A stretch of 42,465 nucleotides of DNA from the NCBI RefSeq assembly GCF_001186125.1, contig NW_014040348.1:1-42465 (forward strand), in the 5' to 3' direction. The notes under the pieces are model-generated. The model saw only the letters and a program-made list of their open reading frames with translations. It did no database searches and was not told where the DNA came from. Both the position numbers and the translations under genes were made by a program. This document shows, piece by piece, positions 27,447-39,000 of the stretch (positions are counted from its first letter, which is position 1; each line of letters begins with the position of its first letter). The DNA comes from Sphaeroforma arctica JP610. Its lineage: Eukaryota.

Positions 27447-28786
27447 CAAACATACCGGGTCTTGTCGCTAAGGCAAAAGGACGCACCTCAAGACGAGCGT
27501 GTAATCCTAGATATACGAGTTAACGGACATGAAATAAAAGCGTTGCTGGATCCGGGCTCGCAAATTTCATGTATATCCTCTAGATTCTGTAAAATAACAG
27601 ACGTAACTCGTAAGTCAGAGCCAACTATGTTGAAACTAGCTGATGAAAGAGAGATCACTTGCAGAGAAATGGCAATCGATCTTAGGTTTACATTGACAGA
27701 CCAACGTACTATAGTTACTAAGGCTGTCATATGTAACACTTCACCAGACTATGATCTCATAGTAGGTATGAGTGATTTATTGTCATTAGGTATCACAATT
27801 ACAGGCTTACCTACTAACATTGAACCACAGAAGGATCAGTCGGACGATAATTTGTTGAAACCGATATATAAACATTCGAAGACTGTGAAGAAGATGATCC
27901 CTCACTTCACAAAGAAACTCAAGGACTTGATTTTCGAGAACGACAAGGTTCAGATCACTGACTGGGCTAAGTTCAAATTCAATAACGGATACGTTAGTCT
28001 AGACCTGACGAGAGTAGATTTCTCGAAGCTTAAGTGTCCTACACGTAACTATGCTGCATGGCGTCATGAGCAGGTCGTACAAGAACAGGTTAAAGCATGG
28101 TTAGATGACGGAGTGATCGCAGTCAACTACAAGCCGACTCCCGTCAACCTAGCGCTTTTAGCCGTCGACCAATTCAACTCTGACGGGACGCTGAAGAAAG
28201 TTCGGGTGTGTTTGGATATGAGCCCAATTAACGCTTTGATACCGACACACAATTTTCGCTTACGAAGGATAAACGAACTACTCAGGCGCATGGAGGGAGC
28301 TAAGATATTCTCCACTATCGACCTGAAGCCGGGCTACCACCAGATGAAGATCTACAAACCACACCGGAAGTATTTCACCTTTACCTGGGAGGGTCAGCAA
28401 TATTTGTTCAAAAGTGCCCCCTTTGGGTTACACATGTTACCTGCGTTCTTTCAACAAATTATGCAAGACTTGTTTAGGGACATGGATAATGTACAAGTAT
28501 ACATTGATGACATAGTGGTATTCACCAAAACCAAAGAGGAGCACGAAAGGGTTATGCGGGAGGTTCTAGACAGACTCAACAAGCACAAATTTAAGGTCAA
28601 CAGTAAGAAATGTCACTTCGGTGTTAACGAGATTCAGCTGTTGGGTTACCGAGTATCCGGGGATGGAATCATGATCGATCCCGGGAAGGTCGACCACTTG
28701 CTAGACTGGAGAACTCCTACCGCGGGTAAGGATGTCAACAGCATGTGCGGATTCGTCAACTTTATGTCTGACGGAGTACCACACCT
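27447..28786 (+). CDS. pol: pol of element A: aspartic protease plus reverse transcriptase, truncated by LTR B
   Basis: ALLDPGSQISC protease. RT motifs RVCLDMSPIN, FSTIDLKPGYHQ, APFGL, VYIDDIVVF and LLGY. Protease-RT order fits Ty3/gypsy. Confidence 0.93.
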
Positions 28787-29525
28787 TGTAATAGCCGGGC
28801 CTCCACATTAGACTCTATGTTATAAACGTACTCTTAAGCAGTACGTAAACTATAAACGTACTCTTAATAGTACGAGGAACTTAAGATTCCTAAATGGTTT
28901 TTAACGGTTTTCCATTCCACATATCAGATATTTGGACTCGGCCATTAAAAGGCCCCAGTAAAATACCAAACATAAGATTTGGTCTAGTTCTATTAATAGA
29001 ACTATATTTACTTTCCCAATCTATTTATATCTGAATACTTCGGTAGCGAGATGGCTCAACCGAACATAGGTTTCTGAGGACTATTAGCGTTGCTTAGTTT
29101 ATCCTCCGTTCAGCCAACCAGATGTGCCAGTCTGATGAAGGCTAAGTCGGTAATTCTTGATAAGTGGCAAGTTATTGGTTAATGCAATAACTATGGACAT
29201 CAGGTGTATTTTTTTCTTTCTTTCTAAAGATAGGATTTTGCGAGTCTCTCGGATTCGCCCCAACGAAACATACCAGAGTTTTTAATAAAGCGACAACGAA
29301 ACACTAAATAAAATCCCTTCGGCGAAAACAGTACTGAGAGGATTATATATAGGCAATGTCTCAGCCTCACAATCCCTCAGAGTATTGCTGTTTTCACGAG
29401 GCATACCTAACTTTACCAAAAGACTCATTTCGGTTATTTACTTCGAATTTCACGATACTTAGACTTAACCTACGCGTTTAATTACTCTAAGGCGTTAATA
29501 TCGCCTTGATAGACCGAATCTTACA
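28787..29525 (+). repeat. 5' LTR of gypsy element B (739 bp)
   Basis: TGTAA...TTACA termini. Starts where pol A homology stops (VPHL). Shares motifs with LTR A (ttataaacgta, cagccaac.agatgtgcc, agaccga...ttaca). Confidence 0.8.
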
Positions 29526-31619
29526 CATTTTAAAGTTGGCAAAGGTATTAACTACTTAGACTACTTGAATGTAAAGGTAGATAACTACCACGAAAATTTT
29601 CCTAAGCACAGTCATTCCTTAATAGAAAAAGACTGAAGTCATAAGTTAAGATTATGACCAAGTAAGACAATATACCTGCAAAGAAACGCAAGGCTGCACG
29701 TAAGAAGATGAAGTGAGAAGCCGCTAGCGCTGCCGCAGAAGCAACCGCCGCCGCTGCCAATGCGTTTAACCGCACCGTAGCCGAGGCACTTGTCTCCGAC
29801 AATAATAGTCAACAGGACAATGCTTCGGATAAGGATGTAGCCACTCCGATTAAGGAGACTACTTCTACAGACAGAGCCCGAGGGCCAACTATCGCTTCAA
29901 CTTCAAAGCTTGCATTTACGAAGCCAAGAAGTGAAACAAGGAACACGTCTCAAGACGCCCCAACCAATTCTTCTGACGAAACTCAGAAAGAAAAGTCCCC
30001 AATTATAGGGGACAAAGACGGATCTCCGAGGTACCTATATCGGAACCAGAAGAGGAGGCAAGCTCAAGTGGCAAACCCGAATCTACGTCCGAGACCACTG
30101 AACTAACGCGCATAAGTAAGTTAATTACCGAAAACACTGATCTTAAGAATCAGTTAGCCGCCCTTATGAAAGACATGACTGTTGAACATGTAGATCGAAT
30201 GTATAGATCAGGAAAACATAGATAGCACTTACGCGAGCATGTTTCTCCGGGCATTACTGAAGCCCTACAGAAGTGGACAGAACGTCGACAGGCAATTACG
30301 CCCGAAAAGCGTAAAGGCCAGAGCGCTACACCTGTGGCAGATGAGCCAGATGTGCTCAGCGTATCTCTACCTTACGAGGTACTACCACCAGAACTCCAGG
30401 CTAATTACTCGCCTGTTCTAACACCCGGCCATGAGTCGCCCGTCCTTGAGGGTATTATAGACCCAGAGGCAGGCAAAAATACTCCGCCACCTTTACCCAG
30501 CTGGGATGACATTCGTCGGAAACCAGTTAAGACTGGGTATATTATCCAGACATGAATCACCCAAGATTATAATACCAACTACTATCCGAGGAACAGAGCA
30601 CCGAGAGGCATCGACCATGGACTTTACAAGGGGTAACAAACACCCCCGTAAACGGCTATCACGCCAAGTCTTGTGACAAAAAGCCCGACATTAAGTTGGA
30701 GTGAAAGCACTACCAGGTACAATCGTTACAAAGGAAATACAACGACTCTTTAGACGAGCGTGTAATAATACCTGTATATTGCAATGGAAATAAGGTCCTT
30801 GCATTGATTGATCCTGGTTCAGAAATTTCATGTATATCCGACCGCTTTGCATTAATAAAAGATATTGAAAGGCGCACTCAAACTACTCGCCTAATCTTAG
30901 CAGATGACAAAACTTCAGTGTGATACCATGGCCACAGGTGTTAAAACCTCCCTGGCCGATGATATAAATATCACTACTCAAGCTGTGATAGTTAAGATGT
31001 CACAGAAGTACGACTTAATAGTCGGAATGAGCGATTTACTCACTCTAGGTATAACCGTAACTGGTTTACCAAATAACATAGATCCATTAAAGGATCAATC
31101 AGACGATAACTGTCTGAAACCATATAAGCCCCCGTCAGACACAGTCAAGGCATTAATACCTGACTTTGCGAACAAAATCATGGATCTGATTCTAGTAAAT
31201 AAGAAGATAAAGATCACAGATTGGGCAAAATTCCGTTTCAACGACGGATATGTCAGCCTTGACTTAACCAAGGTAGACTTTACTAAGCTCAAATGCCCTT
31301 CAAGAAACTATGTTTCTTGGAGACACGAAGCTGTAGTTAAAGAAAAGGTTGAGAAATGGTTATCCGACGGGGTAATCGAAATCAATTGCCAACAAACGCC
31401 AGTTAACTTAGCATTATTGGCAGTTGATCAACACAACTCTGACGGAACATTTACGAAAGTCAGAGTATGTCTAGATATGAGTCCAATAAGCAAGTTATTG
31501 CCGACTCATAGTTTCCATCTCCCTCGTATAAACGAGTTACTGAGATGAATGGAAGGTGCTACGGTGTTTACATCCATAGACCTAACACATATCATCAAAT
31601 GCAAATTTATGAACCCCAT
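28787..31619 (+). mobile_element. Ty3/gypsy element B, a diverged relative of A, nested in pol A and 3'-truncated
   Basis: LTR; decayed gag from ATG 29654 (MTK, as in A) to TGA 30702-30704; protease ALIDPGSEISC at ~30801; frameshift near 30915. ORF 30904-31548 is clearly homologous to pol A (YDLIVGMSDLL, ITDWAKF.FN.GYVSLDLT, RVCLDMSPI). Ends after FTSIDL. Confidence 0.88.
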
Positions 31620-32032
31620 CTTAAATGGGATGGGGAGCTAGGTACCAAGTGATGGGGATTAGGTGCAAATGTATACTGCACCAGTTTGGTGTTTTGATTT
31701 TATTTTGATTTTCTTAAGTTGGACTTAGAGGTATTTTATTGGTTAGTTTGATTAGGTAATTGTTTCGAGGCGTGAAATGTAAACTATGCGTCCAATGAAA
31801 TGATATCTAGTCTTAGTAACTAAAACATAAATAAATCTAGACCGAAGTAGTGATTGATTAGAGCGGAGTATATAGACAATAGTCTCAATCTAAAATCCCC
31901 CAATCTTTTGCTCATTACCAAGGGCTGAAGCTAAACTTTTTTAACATTTTGCATTTTAACGTATTAGCGTATTCTTATTAACGTAAACGTCTTGGTATCG
32001 TATAGTCAGCCTAGAGGAGACCGACTTTTACA
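31620..32032 (+). repeat. 3' half of the 3' LTR of element A
   Basis: Direct repeat of 24355-24769, roughly 96% identical by eye (about 16 substitutions and a 2-bp indel). Ends TTTTACA. Confidence 0.95.
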
Positions 32033-33405
32033 CTAATGACACGTATATTTTAGCGACTACTCGTCGTGGTTGTGTTTATAGTTCATGGATTTCTTGTAAG
32101 GATACGTGATCTTTGTCTCCATTTGATTTGAAATGTTCCTACTTTGGTTGGTGACCCTTTTGAGCTTACGTACCACAATTAATAAGCGTGCACTCACGTT
32201 GTTGTTGTTATTATTTACCTCTAATGTTAATGCGTGGCTGAAATCATAGCAACTCGTTTGATGTGTTTGCACTATACATGGTCCTTGTAATCTCTGCGAA
32301 TGAGATGCTCCATTCCTGGCGGGCGTAATCATATATGGTTTTGTGCCTAGCTAGCCACTATTAATCTTACTTCTGTGATTGTACTAACGATCAGATTTGA
32401 TCCCCTTTTCAGTGTGAAGTATTCTCGTATCTTGTTGCAAGTGCTAGCTTGTTTTTGTGTAAGTCTACGTACGTAGGATATTATCTTACTTGGTGCTTAG
32501 GACTCCTGACGTCAGTGTATCTTCTGTAACTGAAAATCACCAACATTGATTATTTAGTCACGGTGACACCTTAATTTTTCCACCTGTATCAACACCCCAA
32601 CATTCACTCACAGCTTTGTATACTTCAATACTCAGGTTCTCGTCCTTCCAGCTTACTTCTGGAACACGATATCTTTGGCTTGGTTGTTCCTCTTCAAGGT
32701 TTTGTTGCTTAAGGAGTTCCTTCTGTTGCCTCTCTTGGTCTGTCTTCTTTTAGTTGGAGGTCCTCGCTCTTGGTCAGCTGCTTGCCCTTCCTCTGAGCCA
32801 GTTCTTCCCCCTACTTGTCTTAGTGTTTTAGCATCGAGGTTTTGGCAACAGTGTTAGTTGAATGTCTTTTAGTATACTACTAGCTTTGTTGACTTATCTA
32901 TAGGGATATTGTAAAAATTGTAGAGTATGTAGAGTAGCTGAAAGCTCGAGCTAAGGGATACAATAGACCTCTTCTCAAGTACGGTTATCTCAGCTAGGAA
33001 AAAGTCCCTAGTCTGAGAGAACCGAACTGAGTCTTTATTTGTGTTTTCACTAGACTCAGGATTTATTAGTATTTCTCTCACGCGCGGAGACCCGGTATAG
33101 CTTACCGGTTCTACCGCTAATATTTCTGATGACTAATATCAGAAATATTTCAATCCTAATTCCAAAACTTACTCAATATTTGATGATCCTGGGTTTTGGG
33201 ATTTGGAATTTGGATTGGCTTTTTGATAATCTGGTCCCTAGATGCTACAACATTGACAAATAAACATCTCAACAAAGAGTAGCAACTAGCCCGCCACAAA
33301 AATTCACGTGGTCAATTATATTTCAAAATGTACAAAATTATAGGATTCTGGAAAACGAAGGTGACAATGGCGTGTAGCACTGATAGTCACGTACACCTCA
33401 AGCAT

Positions 33406-33457
33406 GCTCAGAGAATATTATAGCACCTCGCGCTCAGAGAATACTATAGCACCTCGC
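33406..33457. repeat. 26-bp tandem duplication
   Basis: gctcagagaata.tatagcacctcgc occurs twice. Confidence 0.9.
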
Positions 33458-36047
33458 AAGTGATAATCATATTATTAAATTAATATATACACAATCTTAT
33501 CTGTAACAGAAATGCATCAGGTTTTGTTACAATAGGGAGGTAGACGCTGTTTGAAACTTACGGGCATACAGAAGAGCAAAAATGATAGCAGAAGGTGTAC
33601 AATACTATACTATGGCAAGGTAGCGTTTCTTTGAAGAAAGAAAAATGTATGCTTTACTAGTGATTATAAAGATCTATTTGTGTATCATTTTTGAGGTTAA
33701 AAACCGAATTGACCGCATCGTGATTTTTTTCAGACGCTTCGACTATCGCGTCTTACTTGGTGGTTGGTGAAATCATTTTCGCCAAATAGATTTTTAACAC
33801 CAATAGAATCGTGCTATTCACTTTTATTATATCCTCCTGCAGCGAAACACAGTGGTAATCAAATCACTCTCAACTAGGTACTGCGCTAAACTCTGTGAAC
33901 GACATTGTTCTAAACCTCCACTAGAGCATCCAGTTCTGAGCCAACAGAGCATATCCCTAATTTATATATGAGCAGCCAATACGCCGTGTTTGGTTTCTAC
34001 ACTCGAACCGCATTTTCCCATTATCGTGCTATTAAGTCCTACGAGTTTGTTAATGTGTCGGCAAGTTTTTATTCTTTACTTTCTTTCGAAGCTTTGGGAT
34101 GTGTGTATGTTGGTGCTTGACTCCAACGAGTCAGTGGGTGGTGTAGGGCCGATTTAAGGAAGTGGGTTAAAAAATGGGCTCAGTTATTGCGTATGAAATG
34201 TGAACCCATAATTTTTGTAACTGTGTCCGGACCAGAATTTATTTTATTTTGTAACTCGATAATGTATCAGCAATTTATTGTTATTATTTGTCTACTTTTC
34301 GAAGCTTTGAGATGTGTGTCTGATTGCTGCATTAGAATGTTCGATGTAGGTCTATGGAAAGTTGGCTTCAATAAGCCAGGGATGGAGTAGGGCCGATTCT
34401 ACTGATACATGTCGTGCAATGACTGATAAAAACGATGGCAGATCAACATCTTCGACATCTTCAACACCATATGTATCAGTAAATAGTGACCGTGTACGGA
34501 GCAGAACACCTAAAGAACAAAAATATATTCTATGCCCGTTTCCATTGAATGTTTTTTTTTGTCGTTTCAGCACTATATCAATAATCATATTTTCTAAACG
34601 GTCACTCTCTACGACAGTCCCAGTAGTAGCACAGTAGTTTAAACAGGGCTCATGTAGGCGAGATGTACCCATATATCACCCATCATGTTTTACCCTACGA
34701 TGGGGACACACCATGATAAGCGCATTTTCTTCAGTCAAGAGATCATATCGGCGAGAAATTTACCCCCATCTACTTGTACATTCAGAGGGAAAAAAAAAAC
34801 AATACTTCCCAAAGTTATCACTACTTTTCACGTAGGATATCTCCATATTCAAAACATGCCCCATATATTATTTACACTATCTCGTGATACGAGGTGCCCT
34901 GCTAGCATCTATTTTTTTGTCATCCAATTCTAGTGCCCAGAGAAGAACTATATCCAGGTGTGGTCGGTCAACTTATGGTGAGTGTCATCTTAGGTTTGCT
35001 GTAAGGAGGATATAAAACAATAGTTCACCTATAGAGAATTATTAGCGCCAAATGATGTACCTCGTACCCATGTAGATTGTCTAATGTGGCCTCCATAGAA
35101 CTTTTTCTTCAGAGAGGGGTTACTACCTATCCTCCCTCTTCGAGAGTAAGTATAGCAACTGTGTCACCGACTAGGCGTATCATCACCTCACCCTATCTGA
35201 CTTCTAACCCAATTTTAACACACGTATAATACGATATTCAGGTGTACGTCCACGTTCAGTCTTCCGTCCTATCTATTTTTAAAATATGTAGTATATACTT
35301 GTATTTCCTACTTAGTGAAAATCCGAGGGTGTCACCTATGTAAATACGAAATAGCAGTGGAAATAAATGTATCATATGCTTCGACTACCCGAGGCACCCT
35401 TGTTCCCCTGCAGTATAAAGACCCTATAATCGCCTGGCTGTGTGATTTAGACCGGTTATCCTTAACGTTGATGGTCACAGGCGAAGCCACTACTAGAGAA
35501 TATCTAGAACCCATAATTAGTCGTCAGTATTGTATATTTATATCACAATTGACCACCTGATAGCCATTTTATTTAACATGGCTAAACCGTAAAGCGGGCT
35601 ATCCTCGAACTACTAACCTAATACATTATTTGTAGCATTCGGCACAGACTACCTTAGCTTACTCCGAAGGAGTGAAAATAAGAGTAGAAGTATCTCCGCT
35701 ACGATACGCTATGCGGACATCTCCCCGGGACAGGCGCGAAAGTGTTTGCACTTATTACACTGAAATATAGTGGTACATTTTTGGATTAAATTTGATATTG
35801 AGATACTAGTTAGTTAGTGTAATTTATCAACAAAATATTAGACAGCCCATCTTCCAGATGCGGTATAATCACTATTGTCATTGGCTCGAGAGATATTAAA
35901 TCTAGAGGTGACGATTGTGGCTACGTATGTATCCCATAGGTAGGAGCATTTAGAAGCATAGCTACCAACACAGAGGGGTAGATGCATAGGTGGTGAGATT
36001 TTTTATATACAGGGCTGTGCCCGTAGGTCGTGAAAGGCGATCGTACA

Positions 36048-39000
36048 TTACTGAGCCAACCAGGGCATGGCCCGTATTACTTCCTTCCTGCGATCTCCAT
36101 AGTCGTACTGAAGCTCTTCACCAGCAGAGATATCGCGCGATGCAAAAAAGCATAATCGCGGAGTATCAACGACCTAGATTTATAAAACAAAAGTTGTTTT
36201 ATTGTAGTTGTGTTTTTGACAGAGTTTACTCGCTTGTAATAACATTGCATCTACTGCCGATTGGAATACTGCTAAATAAAAGTAGCCCTTAGTAATATTA
36301 CAGGGATTGTGGATGAGAACAAACGGTACAGGCGATTGGTGTGTTCATTCTCACACGCTATTCGACTAAAAAAATATATCATGTAACGAGCTACAAGAGA
36401 AAGTGCCAATACAAGGTTCCAGAAGTTGGTGAATTGATACACAAAGCAGACCATGGATACTGATGAACAGGTGTTGAACCTTGATACGACTACTAGTGTA
36501 AAATACATACCAGGAAAGCTTTCGTGTGAACATTTGCTAGTTTCTTGTTATGGTTAATGAGACGTCCCTTCCTGCCCGCAACTGTAGCATCAACACTGTG
36601 AAGTAGTATCAGAGTTCAGAGAACAGATCAGCTCATTGCAATGGCGCGAATTTCTGGACATCTGGAGCAGCTCGCTAGTTTCAAATACACGATAAGCTTG
36701 TGAGCATCGCTTATTGTACAACACACGCACAGTTGAATAGCTATAGACCACTTTGCAATGAAGGACATACCAATATCGGCTGCTATCGGGCATTTTGAAA
36801 TGGTACATATATGACCCGTATTTCTCCGGGAATCTTGAGTAGTTTTTGTCACGCCTGCATGGGGCGAGTCAAGGTGTGGGTTTGACGAACTGCATGCCAT
36901 CACAGACACGACTGATAACTTGTTTTTTACAATATTCGAAGGCAATAGTGTAGAATATATTGCACAATATTGATCAAGACACGCTATGTAATATCTCAAG
37001 TGAACTTACAGACAACCTTTTTCTTGAGCAATACACCGACTAAGGCTGCTCAGCAGATGCATGGGCGCCTATATTGGAAGTATACGTATCCGAAAGTTAT
37101 TAGACAGTTATACCGGACTGCTTTGGGTATATCTTTCACGATCCGACAAGTTCTACGTTTAAGCTCAGAAACAAACATAAGAGCAGTCGACAGCACAAAC
37201 TCGAGTTCGAAAATGGTATGCTAATAAAACCGCATAAACTGGATAAGTAAAAAGTAATATGCAAAACGAAACCAGGTATACGGAAAGATCTTCACGTGTG
37301 AAGTGGCACGTAGAACATCTATTTGAAAGCCACAAGATGGACAGTATACGCTTTGCATACACATATAACTTTTATTAAAGTCTCCACACTAGATATCATA
37401 AATTGGTAAATAAATAAAGAAAGAAAGAATAAATAAAGAAATAAATATTATATATATACGAGTATGATAACGGAAAAGGCTTCTAAGGAGATGTCTGCAC
37501 ACAGCCTCATGCATCGGGGTAACAGACTTCTAACTAAACTTCATCGCGCCAATCATAGAAACACACCGTCACAACAGGAGGATCGTCGATGCATGCCGGT
37601 TTCAATGCCCATGTTGATGCTCGGGGGTGCCAAATACATACAAATGCGAGTTACGGAACACGTCATATCACACTGGCACTGTTTATATGCCACACACGCA
37701 CACATATCACCCCCCACTCAAGTAATTGTACCTGTCTGCTTCCACAGGATCAATCAAATCTCCGGAATACTCACAGACGAAATCACCTCGGATGAGATTG
37801 ATCTTACAGCGCAAGCCTTTACCCATGACCTCATCCTCGTATATCTGCATTGAACGGGAGTCATAGTTATTAAACTTTACATTCACCGAAGCTTTACACT
37901 TTATGTTTGTATGCACGTACCTTTTAAACTGTAGATATGTAGCGGTTTTATTACCGCACCTAACAAAGCACTTAGGTTTGCAGCTTGATACGAACGGTGA
38001 ATACATGTCGAGGTCGAAATACTTTCAGAAGCGAGACACAAGACAGCATCCAATACAAGACGAGAGTTTGTCGAGCTGCATATTGAAAGGTAGCGAAACG
38101 AAATATCGAGTGCATAAAGGTATACGATGCACACACAAATGGCATAAACTGCAAGGATTGTAATTTACACACCTCTAGATGCGACTCGTCCTGTTCAAGT
38201 ATTCGCTTTTCTAATAGCAGCCAATTTTTTTGCTTAACCTCACTCTGAGTCTTGCGGCGGCTTCGTCGGTATCCGTAATCTAGAAGACTGCTCTGATTGG
38301 GATCGACAACTGCCTCCTTTTTCTTTCTTCTCTGAGCCGGTTTCTTGTTGTCGACTTTTTTAGGTCTGTCGTGTTTAGAACTGTTTCAAGCAACGTTTTT
38401 AGTGTGAGTGGCAACAAAAAGGTAATTCAAGGAGTGCAAATAATAAGCTAGCTTACTTCCTGGGTATTTCTGATTTTTCTACGAAACGAAACGGTTGTGC
38501 GTTGTAATCCTCGAGTCCACAAAAATGTTTGAGAGCTGCACATATAAACCCACAGGCGGTCGCACCGGGTACAATAAGTGAACGGAATCTCGCACTAGCT
38601 ACGTGCAGAGGTAGCTCACTGGAACATTATGCACTCCAACAAGAGTTGCTGAGATGACTATTATGTTCATCGAAACGAACAAATACACGACTAGATTGAC
38701 ACCTCCATCACCTCACAGTGTTGCTTTCACTTGATGCCATACGCTGAGATCCTTAGTTGAGAAAAACACACACATGTTTGCAAGGGCACACATACCCGTC
38801 CTTGACTGCTGGGGAAGGCGTCTTCTTATCCGCTCGGGTACCCACGCCGACACCGTCCTGTGTATTTGCGTCTTCATCTACGAAGTATCTCAATAAGGTA
38901 TTGTGCGATAAAGTGGATGACTCGGGCGTTCTCTTGTCGATGGACGTTCGGCTCTTGCCTGCCGCGCCACTCAATTCTCCACGCCGACAGGGTGTAGGTG

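Larger units (their letters stand above)
23869..32032 (+). mobile_element. Ty3/gypsy LTR retrotransposon A, interrupted by nested element B and internally deleted (no RNase H or integrase left)
   Basis: LTR, gag, protease and RT, then element B from 28787, then a partial 3' LTR at 31620-32032. Confidence 0.88.

Noticed and set aside
33126..33145. CTGATGA...GAAA hammerhead ribozyme core
   Set aside because: The intervening 9 nt cannot form stem II, and the core bases are locked in a simple hairpin.
34352..34672. ORF ending LLHPWL, resembling the SET8 C-terminus
   Set aside because: The true last exon (YDYGDR...PWLAQ*) is at 36173-36048, so this match looks coincidental.
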